From Bacillota bacterium (GTDB lineage Bacteria > Bacillota > Clostridia > Clostridiales > Clostridiaceae): a stretch of 64,000 bases of DNA. Shown piece by piece: positions 39,403-50,097 of this stretch. The DNA lies in contig JAEWQX010000144.1 in the NCBI GenBank assembly GCA_023399035.1, positions 255-64,254 of the forward strand, in the 5' to 3' direction. Position 1 is the stretch's first letter. Each line of letters starts with the position of its first letter. Both the position numbers and the translations under genes were made by a program. The notes beneath the pieces were generated by a model, which worked only from the letters and a program-made list of their open reading frames with translations, searched no databases and was not told the DNA's origin.

Positions 39403-41160
39403 ATGAAAAGGCGTGATGTGGGAGGTCAGGCTGTTATCGAGGGCGTTATGATGAGGGGAAGCAAAAGCCTTGCAACAGCTGTGAGAACTCCAAAGGGAAA
39501 TATAGAGATAGATTATAAGGACAATAGATCAGTAACTAAAAAACATCCTATATTAAATATTCCATTTATAAGAGGTTTTTTTGTTCTCATAGAATCTATG
39601 AAAGTTGGAATGGAGTCATTGAATTATTCAGCATCTTTTTTGGATGATGAGGAAGAAGAACCAACTAAATTTGAATTGTGGCTGGAAAAGAAATTAGGCA
39701 AAAAAGCAAATGATGTAATAATAGGATTTACAATGATTGTATCCTTTATTTTTTCAATAGGATTATTTGTAGCTCTGCCTACAGGAGTTGCATCTGTATT
39801 TAAAAATATGGGAGCATCTCATGTTGTATTAAATTTAATAGAAGCATTTATAAGAATAGGAATACTAATATTATATATGTATGTTATCAGCAAGATGAAG
39901 GATATATATAGATTATTTCAATATCATGGTGCAGAACATAAAACAATATTCTGCTATGAAGCAATGGAAGAACTTACTGTTGAAAATGTAAGAAAGCAAC
40001 CTAGACTGCATCCTAGATGTGGAACAAACTTTATGTTTTTAATAATGTTTGTCAGTATAATTATTTTTTCATGTACTGGATGGGGTGGAATAGTTGAGAG
40101 ACTGGTACTTAGAATTGTTCTTATACCAGTTGTTACAGGAATCAGTTATGAACTTATAAAGTGGCTTGGGAAAAATGATGGAAAGCTTGCTAGAATAATA
40201 GCTTATCCTGGTTTGAAACTGCAGCTTTTAACAACAAAGGAACCCGATGATTCTCAGATAGAAGTTGCAATTGCATCATTAAAAGCAGCGGAGGGAATTG
40301 AAGATTTGGATAAAACAATAGAGGAATTAATTAATACAGGAACAAAAACATTAAAAGATAGTGGTATAGATACAGCAAGGCTGGATTCAGAATTACTACT
40401 TGGAAATGTTATTGATAAAGAAAGACTATATCTTATTACCCACAAGGAAGAAACAGTATCAAAAGAACAATGTGCTAAGTTTTTTGATATGATTGAAAAA
40501 AGAAGAAAGAAAATGCCAGTAAAATATATATTAAATAAATGTGAATTTATGGGCATAGATCTTCACGTAGAAGAAGGTGTACTTATTCCAAGAGATGATA
40601 CTGAATTGCTTGTAGATGAGGTGTTAAAAAATATTAAAGAAGATTCAGAAATGCAGGTGTGTGATTTATGTTGTGGCTCTGGAGCAATAGGCATATCGCT
40701 TGCATATTTAAGAAAAAATATTAAAGTAGATGTGTTAGATTATTATCCGATTCCAGAAAAGGTTACATTAATAAATATAAAGAAGCATAATCTACAGGAC
40801 AGAGTATCTTTCATAAAGAGTGATCTGCTACAAGTTCCTATAGGAAATTCGAAGAAGTACGATATTATAGTTTCAAATCCTCCATATATTGAAGAGGAAG
40901 AAATAGGAAAGCTTATGGATGATGTTCAGAAATATGAACCTCATACTGCATTGAGCGGAGGAACTGACGGCTTAGATTTCTATAGAAAGATAGTAAATCA
41001 AAGCAGTGAAGTTTTAAATGAAAATGGAATATTAGCATTTGAAATAGGATATAATCAAGGTGAAGCAGTAAAATCATTAATGGAAGAAAATAATTTTAAA
41101 GATGTAAATGTAATTAAGGATTTTGCAAGTCTTGACAGAATAGTAATTGGACATTTATAA
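39403..41160 (+). CDS. prmC: DUF1385 membrane domain fused to release-factor Gln methyltransferase PrmC
   Basis: N half GGQAVIEGVMM, YHGAEHK, HPRCGT; C half VLIPRDDTE, DLCCGSG, SNPPY; single open frame. Confidence 0.92.
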   Translation: MKRRDVGGQAVIEGVMMRGSKSLATAVRTPKGNIEIDYKDNRSVTKKHPILNIPFIRGFFVLIESMKVGMESLNYSASFLDDEEEEPTKFELWLEKKLGKKANDVIIGFTMIVSFIFSIGLFVALPTGVASVFKNMGASHVVLNLIEAFIRIGILILYMYVISKMKDIYRLFQYHGAEHKTIFCYEAMEELTVENVRKQPRLHPRCGTNFMFLIMFVSIIIFSCTGWGGIVERLVLRIVLIPVVTGISYELIKWLGKNDGKLARIIAYPGLKLQLLTTKEPDDSQIEVAIASLKAAEGIEDLDKTIEELINTGTKTLKDSGIDTARLDSELLLGNVIDKERLYLITHKEETVSKEQCAKFFDMIEKRRKKMPVKYILNKCEFMGIDLHVEEGVLIPRDDTELLVDEVLKNIKEDSEMQVCDLCCGSGAIGISLAYLRKNIKVDVLDYYPIPEKVTLINIKKHNLQDRVSFIKSDLLQVPIGNSKKYDIIVSNPPYIEEEEIGKLMDDVQKYEPHTALSGGTDGLDFYRKIVNQSSEVLNENGILAFEIGYNQGEAVKSLMEENNFKDVNVIKDFASLDRIVIGHL

Positions 41161-41384
41161 GGTGGAGTGGAAAACATTAAATTTAATAATAGAGTGTTCT
41201 CCATTAATTTAGTTCAAATTTTAATTAGATAAATTCAATGAACTATAAACATATTCATATTGATGTGGTAAAATATGTGTAGATTATTGTTTAAATAGCG
41301 TTAGTTATTGTAGACTTAATTGATTAAGTATCGAAATCTATGATATAATATAAAAATGCCAAAAATAAAGTACGGAGTGATTAC

Positions 41385-42467
41385 ATGTTATTAGATAAAT
41401 TACAATTTATAGAAAATAAATATGACGAATTATCAGTTAAAATCAGTGATCCATCAATAATGCAGAACCAAAATGAATGGAGAAAGCTTTGCAAAGAGCA
41501 TGCTGATTTAGAAATTATAGTAAATGCTTATAAAGAATATAAGAAAGTAACTGAAGACTTAGAAGCTAATAAGGAAATGTTAAGCGAAGAAAGTGATAAA
41601 GAAATGAGAGAAATGCTTAATGAAGAAATTTCAGAGCTTACTAAAAGAGAAGAAGAATTAGAAAATCATATTCAGATTTTATTATTACCTAAGGACCCTA
41701 ATGATGATAAGAACGTATTTGTTGAAATCAGAGGTGGTGCTGGTGGTGAAGAAGCAGCATTATTTGCTTATAACTTATTTAGAATGTACACAAGATATGC
41801 TGAAACTCAAAGATGGTCAGTAGAAATAATGAGTTTAAATGAAACAGATCTTGGTGGATTCAAAGAAGTTGTATTTATGATCAAAGGTAATGGAGCATAT
41901 TCTAAATTAAAATATGAAAGTGGAGTTCACAGAGTACAAAGAGTTCCAGATACTGAATCAAGTGGAAGAATCCATACATCAACAGCTACTGTAGCAGTTT
42001 TACCAGAAGTTGATGATGTTGAAATCGAAATTAATGATAAAGATTTAAGAATAGATGTATTTAGAGCATCAGGTAACGGTGGACAATGCGTTAATACTAC
42101 AGACTCAGCGGTTAGAATTACTCACTTACCAACTGGTCTTGTAGTTTCATGTCAAGATGAAAAATCACAGTTAAAAAATAAAGAAAAGGCTATGAAAGTA
42201 TTAAAGTCAAGACTTTATGAACAGGCTGAAAGAGAAAGAGCAGAAGGAATAGCTGAAGATAGAAAGAGTCAGGTTGGTACTGGGGATAGAAGTGAAAGAA
42301 TAAGAACTTACAACTATCCACAAGGAAGAGTTACTGATCACAGAATAGGATTAACTTTATATAAATTAGAAACATTTTTAAGTGGAGACATTGATGAAAT
42401 GATCAATGCGTTGATTACAGCAGATCAGGCTGAAAAAATGAAAGCAATGGGAAAAACACAAGTATAA
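41385..42467 (+). CDS. prfA: Peptide chain release factor 1
   Basis: PDT (PxT) motif, GGQ motif, [11 protein letters not shown]. Confidence 0.98.
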   Translation: MLLDKLQFIENKYDELSVKISDPSIMQNQNEWRKLCKEHADLEIIVNAYKEYKKVTEDLEANKEMLSEESDKEMREMLNEEISELTKREEELENHIQILLLPKDPNDDKNVFVEIRGGAGGEEAALFAYNLFRMYTRYAETQRWSVEIMSLNETDLGGFKEVVFMIKGNGAYSKLKYESGVHRVQRVPDTESSGRIHTSTATVAVLPEVDDVEIEINDKDLRIDVFRASGNGGQCVNTTDSAVRITHLPTGLVVSCQDEKSQLKNKEKAMKVLKSRLYEQAERERAEGIAEDRKSQVGTGDRSERIRTYNYPQGRVTDHRIGLTLYKLETFLSGDIDEMINALITADQAEKMKAMGKTQV

Positions 42468-42481
42468 TAATTACTTAAATT

Positions 42482-42556
42482 AGGGATTGTATCATAATTA
42501 GTTTGAGGAAATTTATTTTAATATATTTTCTTTAATTATATTTTGAGACAGTCCCT
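42482..42556. repeat. Long inverted-repeat hairpin after prfA
   Basis: AGGGATTGTATCATAAT / ATTTTGAGACAGTCCCT arms plus inner pairing. Confidence 0.6.
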
Positions 42557-42576
42557 TTAATAAAGTAATTGGGGGA

Positions 42577-43170
42577 ATGGGAATGGATATATATACAGCT
42601 ATAAAGAAAGAGAGATTTCATTTAAAAATATTTTTTATTAACATGTTAATAATTTCAATCATTCTTCCTATAGCAGTTGTATTAACAAATTTAACTACAA
42701 TATTTTACTTATGCTATTTGGGTTCGATTGAATTTTTAATAGTAATATCTGTAATAATAAGACTGAACCATTACAGAGTTATATATAGATGTTCTAATAA
42801 TAAGTTAGTTTTTAAGACAGGAATTTTTACAAAACAAAACTTGATAATTTGCGATAAAGTTGCATTGGTACATACTAATAAATCAGATTATGATCTTGAA
42901 ATAGTAATGATAACAAGCGTTAAATTTAAAAATAGGGCACTTAGACAGGTTGATAAGAATTTTCTAAAGAGATATTCTAAGATTGAAAAAGAATATAATT
43001 ATATAACTAAATTGAATCCAGATAAGGAATATTATTTTCAGGTAATAAGAAGAGGCGGACTAAAGAAATATTTATTATTAGATTTAATATATAAGAATTG
43101 TGTTAAAGCGATATACACTGAAGAAAGTATTCAAAATATAAAAATAGCTAGAGGTCAGACTATAGTTTAA
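42577..43170 (+). CDS. Hypothetical 2-TM membrane protein, possible bacterial PH-like domain
   Basis: Two TM helices then YRCSNNKLVFKTGIF...DKVALV pattern. Confidence 0.7.
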   Translation: MGMDIYTAIKKERFHLKIFFINMLIISIILPIAVVLTNLTTIFYLCYLGSIEFLIVISVIIRLNHYRVIYRCSNNKLVFKTGIFTKQNLIICDKVALVHTNKSDYDLEIVMITSVKFKNRALRQVDKNFLKRYSKIEKEYNYITKLNPDKEYYFQVIRRGGLKKYLLLDLIYKNCVKAIYTEESIQNIKIARGQTIV

Positions 43171-43188
43171 TAGAAGGAAGGTAAAATA

Positions 43189-44238
43189 TTGGATACAAAA
43201 GTTAGCAAAATTAAAAATGTAGCTGAGGAAGAATATAAGATAGAAGAAGCTGCAAAGATTATAAAAGAAGGCGGAATTGTTGCATTTCCTACGGAAACAG
43301 TTTATGGACTTGGAGCAGATGCCCTTAATGAAGAAGCAGTAAAAAAAATATTTATTGCAAAGGGAAGACCACAGGATAATCCTCTTATTGTTCATGTAGC
43401 ATCAAAGGATATTAGTCATTATGTACAGGAAGTTCCTGAAATAGCAGGAGAATTGATGGATAGATTCTGGCCAGGTCCTCTTACTATAATATTAAAGAAG
43501 AAAGACATAATACCTTATGTTACAAGTGCTAATCTTGATTCAATAGGGATGAGAATGCCAGATAATGAAATTGCAAGAAAACTTATTGATTTATCAGGAA
43601 CAGTAATAGCAGCACCTTCAGCAAATATAAGCGGAAGACCGAGTCCTACTGATATCGAAAGATGTGTTGAGGATCTTGAAGGAAGAGTTGACTGTATTAT
43701 AGGAGGATGCCATAGTGAAATTGGAGTTGAATCTACTATAGTAGACTGTACAGTAAATCCTCCGATTGTTTTAAGACCTGGTGGAATAACATTAGAAATG
43801 TTAAAAGAAATAGATTCAAGAATAGAAATTGATAAGGCTATTATGCAAAAACCAAGTGAAAACCTAAAGCCTAAAGCACCTGGAATGAAGTATAGACATT
43901 ATGCACCAAAAGCAAAAGTTACAATAATTTCGGGAAATAGAAAAAATACTGTTGCAAAAATAAAAGAAATGGTAAACTATAATATAGAAAAACAAAAAAA
44001 AGTATGTATACTGACTGTTGAGGAAAATGAAAAGGAGTATGATGAAGGTATTAAAATCGTACTAGGAAGTCTTTCAGACTTATCAACAGTTGCTAAAAAT
44101 TTATTTGAAGCTTTAAGAAAATGCGATGATTTAAATGCGGATTTAATTTTAGCAGAGGCATATGAAGAAAAAGGTGTCGGGGTTGCTATAATGAACAGAC
44201 TTAATAAGGCAGCTGGCTTTGACATCATTAATGTTTAA
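43189..44238 (+). CDS. sua5: L-threonylcarbamoyladenylate synthase Sua5/TsaC2
   Basis: FPTETVYGLGA, KGRPQDNPLIVH, PSANISG, PGMKYRHYAP. Confidence 0.95.
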   Translation: MDTKVSKIKNVAEEEYKIEEAAKIIKEGGIVAFPTETVYGLGADALNEEAVKKIFIAKGRPQDNPLIVHVASKDISHYVQEVPEIAGELMDRFWPGPLTIILKKKDIIPYVTSANLDSIGMRMPDNEIARKLIDLSGTVIAAPSANISGRPSPTDIERCVEDLEGRVDCIIGGCHSEIGVESTIVDCTVNPPIVLRPGGITLEMLKEIDSRIEIDKAIMQKPSENLKPKAPGMKYRHYAPKAKVTIISGNRKNTVAKIKEMVNYNIEKQKKVCILTVEENEKEYDEGIKIVLGSLSDLSTVAKNLFEALRKCDDLNADLILAEAYEEKGVGVAIMNRLNKAAGFDIINV

Positions 44239-44258
44239 ATTTTAGGAGGATCTTTATT

Positions 44259-44708
44259 ATGAAAATTGCAATAGGTTGCGATCATGGCGGATTTGAATTA
44301 AAAAATGAAATTATCAAGTATTTAGAAAGTGAAAACTACGAAGTAAAAGATTTTGGAACATATTCAACAGACTCTTGTGACTATCCAGATATAGCACAGC
44401 CTGTAGCAGAAGCAGTAGCAGCAAAAGAATTTGATTTTGGTATATTAATATGTGGAACAGGTATAGGAATTGGAATAGCTGCAAATAAAGTACCAGGAAT
44501 AAGAGCAGCTTTATGTTCAGATACATTTAGTGCACATGCAACTAGAGAACATAATAATGCAAACATATTAACTATGGGTCAGAGAGTTGTAGGAACAGGT
44601 CTTGCACTAGAAATAGTTAAGACATTTTTAAATGCAGAATTTGAAGGTGACAGACACCTTAAGAGAATAGATAAAATTACAGCTATAGAAAAGAAATACA
44701 GCAAATAA
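44259..44708 (+). CDS. rpiB: Ribose-5-phosphate isomerase B
   Basis: GCDHGG, DYPD, CGTGIG, REHNNAN. Confidence 0.96.
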   Translation: MKIAIGCDHGGFELKNEIIKYLESENYEVKDFGTYSTDSCDYPDIAQPVAEAVAAKEFDFGILICGTGIGIGIAANKVPGIRAALCSDTFSAHATREHNNANILTMGQRVVGTGLALEIVKTFLNAEFEGDRHLKRIDKITAIEKKYSK

Positions 44709-44715
44709 TATAATT

Positions 44716-44852
44716 CAGTTGAGAGTTGAAAATGGAAAAATTGAAAGTTAAGGTTGAAATCTCTGAGAGATTTCTTAAAAATATTATAATTAAAGATATT
44801 CCGAAGGAATATCAACCGAAACTATAAACTATCAATTATCAATTCTCAATTG
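44716..44852. repeat. Y-shaped palindromic element with heptamer-repeat arms
   Basis: AGTTGAG / AGTTGAA / AATTGAA units opposite ATCAATT / CTCAATT units, enclosing two perfect 8-bp hairpins. Confidence 0.75.
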
Positions 44853-44959
44853 GAAAAGGTAGCCTTTAACAAAATAAATATATTACATATCCAAGTAATT
44901 TATTTATTATTTAAATAATAATATAAATAATAGAATATACAAATTTGGAGGAATTAAAC

Positions 44960-45589
44960 ATGAGTAGAGTAACAGAAATAAACCATCCTTTAATACTACA
45001 TAAACTTGCGATCTTAAGAGATGAAAGAACAGGGTCAAAGGAATTTAGACATTTAGTTGAAGAAATTTCAATGCTTATGGCATATGAAGTAACAAGAGAT
45101 TTAAGTACAGAAGATGTTGAAGTTAAAACTCCAGTATCATTAACAAAATGCAAAATGCTTTCAGGAAAGAAAATGGCAGTTGTACCTATATTAAGAGCAG
45201 GACTTGGAATGGTTGATGGTGTTCTTAACTTAATTCCAGCAGCCAAAGTTGGTCATATAGGATTATACAGAGATGAAGAAACTCTTCAGCCAGTAGAATA
45301 CTTCTGCAAATTACCTCAAGATATTGCAGAGAGAGATGTAATTGTTGTTGATCCAATGCTTGCAACAGGTGGTTCTTCTATAGATGCTTTAACAATGTTA
45401 AAGGAGAAAGGAGCTAAACATTTAAGATTAATGTGCTTAGTTGGAGCTCCAGAAGGAATTGAAGCAGTACAAAAGGCTCATCCAGATGTTGATATATATC
45501 TTGCAGCAATCGATGAAAAATTAAATGAACATGGGTATATAGTTCCTGGTCTAGGAGATGCTGGTGACAGATTATTTGGAACTAAATAA
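44960..45589 (+). CDS. upp: Uracil phosphoribosyltransferase
   Basis: [34 protein letters not shown] 44960 after GGAGG. Confidence 0.97.
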   Translation: MSRVTEINHPLILHKLAILRDERTGSKEFRHLVEEISMLMAYEVTRDLSTEDVEVKTPVSLTKCKMLSGKKMAVVPILRAGLGMVDGVLNLIPAAKVGHIGLYRDEETLQPVEYFCKLPQDIAERDVIVVDPMLATGGSSIDALTMLKEKGAKHLRLMCLVGAPEGIEAVQKAHPDVDIYLAAIDEKLNEHGYIVPGLGDAGDRLFGTK

Positions 45590-45609
45590 TAATTAGAGGT
45601 ACTTGGGGT

Positions 45610-46104
45610 ATGGATAGAAGAGATAAACATAATTATTATTTAGATATTGCAGAAACTGTATTGGAAAGAGGAACATGTATAAGAAGAAATTATGGTTCTA
45701 TAATAGTAAAGAATGATGAGATAATTTCTACAGGTTATACAGGTGCTCCAAGAGGACGAAAAAATTGTATTGATTTAAATAGCTGTATAAGAGAACAGCT
45801 TAATATTCCAAGAGGAACACATTATGAACTCTGCAGAAGTGTCCACAGTGAAGCAAATGCAATTATAAGTGCATCTAGACGAGATATGATAGGGGCTACA
45901 TTATATCTTGTGGGTAAAGATGCAAAAACAAAAAAGTATGTTGAAAATGCAAATTCATGTTCAATGTGCAAAAGACTTATTATAAATTCTGGTATTTCTT
46001 ATGTTGTGATAAGAGATTCTAAAGATGATTTCAGGGAAATATGTGTGAATTCATGGATTGAAGATGATGATTCAATGCAGTTGAATGATGAAGCAGGATA
46101 TTAA
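45610..46104 (+). CDS. dCMP/cytidine deaminase family protein
   Basis: VHSEANA and CSMC Zn ligands; STGYTG. Confidence 0.88.
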   Translation: MDRRDKHNYYLDIAETVLERGTCIRRNYGSIIVKNDEIISTGYTGAPRGRKNCIDLNSCIREQLNIPRGTHYELCRSVHSEANAIISASRRDMIGATLYLVGKDAKTKKYVENANSCSMCKRLIINSGISYVVIRDSKDDFREICVNSWIEDDDSMQLNDEAGY

Positions 46105-46126
46105 ATAGAATTTTATCTTTTATAGT

Positions 46127-46165
46127 ATTTATCCAGCAGCCTAAATTAAGTGTTGCTGGATAAAT
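46127..46165 (+). terminator. Hairpin/terminator
   Basis: ATTTATCCAGCAGC / GTTGCTGGATAAAT; weak U-tract. Confidence 0.55.
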
Positions 46166-46204
46166 TTCAGATATTTCATTAGTCACAGAGTTGGAGGTAT
46201 GAAA

Positions 46205-47353
46205 GTGATAAAGAAAAAAATTATTACCATTTTTGGAACACGTCCAGAAGCAATAAAAATGGCACCTTTAGTAAAGGAATTAGAACAAAGGGAAGAAATT
46301 GAATCAAAAGTATGTGTAACTGCACAGCATAGAGAAATGTTAGATCAAGTATTAGAATTATTTGATATAACTCCAGATTTTGATTTAAACATAATGAAAA
46401 CAAAGCAAAGCTTAACAGGGATCACAAATAAAGTATTAGAAGGCTTAGAAGAAGTGTTTAAAGAAGAAAAACCTGACATGATACTTGTACATGGTGATAC
46501 AACTACTACATTTGCAGGAGCACTGGCTGCCTTTTATCAACAGATAAGTGTTGGACATGTAGAAGCTGGTCTTAGAACATTTAATAAGTATTTTCCATTT
46601 CCAGAAGAGATGAATAGAAAATTAACTGGAAGCTTAGCAGATTTACATTTTGCACCTACAAAAGGATCAAAAGAAAATTTATTAAGAGAAGGAATAAGTG
46701 AAAGTGATATTTACATAACAGGTAATACTGTAATTGATGCAATGAAACATACAGTTGAATATGATTATGTATTTGAAACTGAAGAACTAAACAATATTGA
46801 CTTTAATAAGAAAATTATAATGATTACTGCTCATAGAAGAGAAAATTGGGGGCAGGGAATAGAAAATATTTGTGAGGCGTTAAATAAAATAGTTGAGCAG
46901 AATGCAGATGTTGAATTAGTTTATTTAGTTCATTTAAATCCAATAGTTAAAGATGTTGTATTTGAAAAGCTTGGTAATAAGGAAAGGATTCATTTGTTAT
47001 CTCCTCTAGACACTAAGGAAACTCATAATTTAATGAATAAGTCATTTATGGTTATGACAGATTCAGGCGGATTACAGGAAGAAGCTCCTCATTTAGGAAA
47101 ACCAGTTCTTGTATTAAGAGATGTTACAGAAAGACCAGAAGCTGTTGAAGCAGGAACTGTAAAGCTTGTTGGCACTGATGTTGACATAATTGTAAAAGAA
47201 GCAAATGCATTACTTCAAAATGAAGAAGCATATAGCTTAATGAGTAAGGCAATTAATCCATATGGTGACGGAATAGCATCAAAGAGAATAGTAGATGCTA
47301 TATTAAAATACTATGGATTAAATGATAATGAAGTAGAAGAATTTAAAAGATAA
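46205..47353 (+). CDS. wecB: UDP-N-acetylglucosamine 2-epimerase (non-hydrolysing)
   Basis: GTRPEAIK, HGDT, HVEAGLR, TDSGGLQEEA; GTG 46205 best spaced from SD. Confidence 0.95.
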   Translation: MIKKKIITIFGTRPEAIKMAPLVKELEQREEIESKVCVTAQHREMLDQVLELFDITPDFDLNIMKTKQSLTGITNKVLEGLEEVFKEEKPDMILVHGDTTTTFAGALAAFYQQISVGHVEAGLRTFNKYFPFPEEMNRKLTGSLADLHFAPTKGSKENLLREGISESDIYITGNTVIDAMKHTVEYDYVFETEELNNIDFNKKIIMITAHRRENWGQGIENICEALNKIVEQNADVELVYLVHLNPIVKDVVFEKLGNKERIHLLSPLDTKETHNLMNKSFMVMTDSGGLQEEAPHLGKPVLVLRDVTERPEAVEAGTVKLVGTDVDIIVKEANALLQNEEAYSLMSKAINPYGDGIASKRIVDAILKYYGLNDNEVEEFKR

Positions 47354-47369
47354 AATTATATTATAATTT

Positions 47370-47413
47370 AAAAAAAGCAGAAGCTGACTTGATAAGTTGC
47401 TTCTGTTTTTTTT
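47370..47413 (+). terminator. Intrinsic terminator
   Basis: AAAAGCAGAAGC..ACTT / AAGTTGCTTCTGTTTT plus T-run. Confidence 0.8.
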
Positions 47414-47577
47414 GTAAAAATAGACTATTAAATACGGATAATCCTGCTTCAATGAAAAAAGACAAACATATATTATTTAAATTCAAAGCAATGGAAATAT
47501 ATTCTTATTATTTTGTAAGATATTCATAACTATAGAAATCAAGAAAAAATATTGAAATATATACTTTTTATAAAACT

Positions 47578-47654
47578 TTGTCTAAATTTTAACAATAAAC
47601 TCTTGATAAAAAAACTAAAAATGGTATAATTATGTTATGTTAATAATTTAACAA
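47578..47654 (+). promoter_or_regulatory. thlA sigmaA promoter flanked by two Rex boxes
   Basis: TTGATA-N16-(TG)TATAAT 47603-30; TTGTCTAaattTTAACAA 47578-95 and ATGTTAAtaatTTAACAA 47637-54. Confidence 0.7.
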
Positions 47655-47717
47655 AAAGTAAATAAAACACATATTTATAATTTTTAAATAGTAAATGATA
47701 TTTTTAGGAGGTAAATT

Positions 47718-48902
47718 ATGAGAGACGTAGTCATCGTAAGTGCAGTAAGAACAGCATTAGGAAGCTTTGGTGGTTCATTAAAGGATATTGCAGCACCAGA
47801 ATTAGGAGCAACAGTAATAAAAGAAGCAGTAAATAGAGCTAATATCAAACCAGAATTAGTTGAAGAAGTAATAATGGGAAATGTTATACAAGCAGGACTA
47901 GGACAAAATACAGCTAGACAAGCTACTTTAAAAGCAGGTCTTCCAGAAGAAGTCCCAGCTATGACAATCAATAAAGTTTGTGGATCAGGATTAAGAGCAG
48001 TAAGTTTAGCAGCTCAAATGATTAAAGCAGGAGATGCTGATGTAATTGTTGCAGGTGGTATGGAAAACATGTCAGCAGCACCATATGCATTACCAACAGC
48101 TAGATGGGGACAAAGAATGAATAACGGAAAAATGGTAGATACTATGGTAAATGATGCATTATGGGATGCATTCAATAATTATCATATGGGTGTTACTGCT
48201 GAAAATATAGCAAAAGAATGGGGAATAACTAGAGAAGAACAAGATGCTTTCTCAGCAGCTTCTCAACAAAAAGCAGAAAGAGCTATTAAAGAAGGAAGAT
48301 TTAAAGATGAAATAGTTCCAGTAATGATTCCTCAAAGAAAAGGAGATCCAAAAGTATTTGATACAGATGAATTCCCAAGATTCGGAACAACTGCTGAAAC
48401 TTTAGCAAAATTAAAACCTTGTTTTATAAAAGATGGTACAGTAACAGCAGGTAATGCTTCAGGAATCAATGATGGAGCAGCAGCGTTTGTAGTTATGAGT
48501 GCTGAAAAAGCTGAAGAATTAGGAATTAAACCATTAGCTAAAATTCTTTCATACGGTTCTAAAGGATTAGATCCAGCTATAATGGGATATGGTCCATTCC
48601 ATGCGACTAAGAAGGCTTTAGAAGTAGCTAACTTAACTGTAGAAGATTTAGACTTAATTGAAGCTAATGAAGCATTTGCAGCTCAAAGTTTAGCAGTAGC
48701 TAAGGACTTAAAATTTGACATGGATAAAGTTAATGTAAATGGTGGTGCTATAGCATTAGGACATCCAGTTGGAGCATCAGGAGCAAGAATTCTTGTTTCA
48801 CTTATTCATGAAATGCAAAAGAGAGATGATGCTAAAAAAGGTTTAGCTACATTATGTATAGGTGGCGGTATGGGAACAGCTGTCATTGTTGAAAAAATGT
48901 AA
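47718..48902 (+). CDS. thlA: Acetyl-CoA acetyltransferase (thiolase)
   Basis: [25 protein letters not shown]. Confidence 0.97.
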   Translation: MRDVVIVSAVRTALGSFGGSLKDIAAPELGATVIKEAVNRANIKPELVEEVIMGNVIQAGLGQNTARQATLKAGLPEEVPAMTINKVCGSGLRAVSLAAQMIKAGDADVIVAGGMENMSAAPYALPTARWGQRMNNGKMVDTMVNDALWDAFNNYHMGVTAENIAKEWGITREEQDAFSAASQQKAERAIKEGRFKDEIVPVMIPQRKGDPKVFDTDEFPRFGTTAETLAKLKPCFIKDGTVTAGNASGINDGAAAFVVMSAEKAEELGIKPLAKILSYGSKGLDPAIMGYGPFHATKKALEVANLTVEDLDLIEANEAFAAQSLAVAKDLKFDMDKVNVNGGAIALGHPVGASGARILVSLIHEMQKRDDAKKGLATLCIGGGMGTAVIVEKM

Positions 48903-48920
48903 TATTTGATTTAATTTTGC

Positions 48921-48955
48921 TAAAAGGCTATTACGAGTATTGTAATAGCCTTTTA
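48921..48955 (+). terminator. thlA terminator
   Basis: TAAAAGGCTATTAC / GTAATAGCCTTTTA. Confidence 0.85.
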
Positions 48956-49720
48956 ATTTATGAAAAAACAAAAAATATCTATCCATGATACAGAAATAAA
49001 CAATTTATTTTCTATGTTTTTAATTATCTGGCTAGATGTATACAGTAATGATATATAAGTAAAGGAATAATAATTAAATAAAATACAAAATACAGGTTTG
49101 ATCATAGATTATTTTAGTATAATATGTTTAATTTATGAGAAGCATATTATGAGAATATATCTGTAAACAAAAATATGTAGTTAATATTTTACAAAAAACA
49201 ACTTATAATATTGCAAGATTTTAATTTTAATCATGTATGAGTTATGTTGAGTTGTGTTAAAGAGTTTTTAATACGCTGTTATAAAGTGTATAAAAGCACT
49301 TTTTAACCCAAATTTAAGAAAAATGTAATAAAAAAAAAATAAATTATTGAATAAGATTCCTGATTTGTATTCACTAGTATAAATTATATGTATGGACTAA
49401 AAATTAACAAAAAGTACACAATTATATTAAATTTTATAGATAATCAAAGAATTTTAAAAGTAATAATCAATGAAAATGTTATCAGAAACAAGAAATACTT
49501 TATTCAAATAAATGAATATTCTGACAAATGAATAATAATAACTGGAATTATTTATTAAAGAAGAAAATGAGAGTAATACCTAATATTAGTTAAGCAATAT
49601 GAAGAAATTGTGAGTTATTTTGAAAATGCTTAGAAAAAGGAGTGAATTTAACTGAAAATAATGCTTTGTTAAAGATGTACATGGAGATATAATATCTGAT
49701 ATTGAAGACAGGAGGTATGT

Positions 49721-50080
49721 ATGAGTAAAGAGATGAATAATCTTCTCCGAAATACGATAAAATATGATTTGGGAAGTGGAATATTGATATCTTTATTGAT
49801 GGTACTATCTTCCTCGCTTTTATATGCAATGATTTATCTGTTAGGTATAGTTGTGGGATTGCTGAATTTCTTATGCAGCTACTATGTGACAAATAAGTTT
49901 TTATTTAAACAGGGTGCTAGTTCTGTAATAGCTTTATTTATAACTATTTTCAGAATCATGCTTGTGATTATAATAGCAGTACCTTTAGTAAATAATTTAA
50001 AATATGTCGCTTTATATCTGGCTGGATTCATTTCACATCTTATAATAATGAGTATTTCTTGCATTCTAAAAAATAAATAG
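49721..50080 (+). CDS. atpI: ATP synthase protein I
   Basis: 4-TM hydrophobic ORF directly upstream of atpB; SD AGGAGG. Confidence 0.8.
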   Translation: MSKEMNNLLRNTIKYDLGSGILISLLMVLSSSLLYAMIYLLGIVVGLLNFLCSYYVTNKFLFKQGASSVIALFITIFRIMLVIIIAVPLVNNLKYVALYLAGFISHLIIMSISCILKNK

Positions 50081-50097
50081 GAAGGGGAGTGTTTAAA

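Noticed and set aside
48960..49058. 32-codon ORF after the thlA terminator
   Set aside because: No SD or promoter support; expected by chance.
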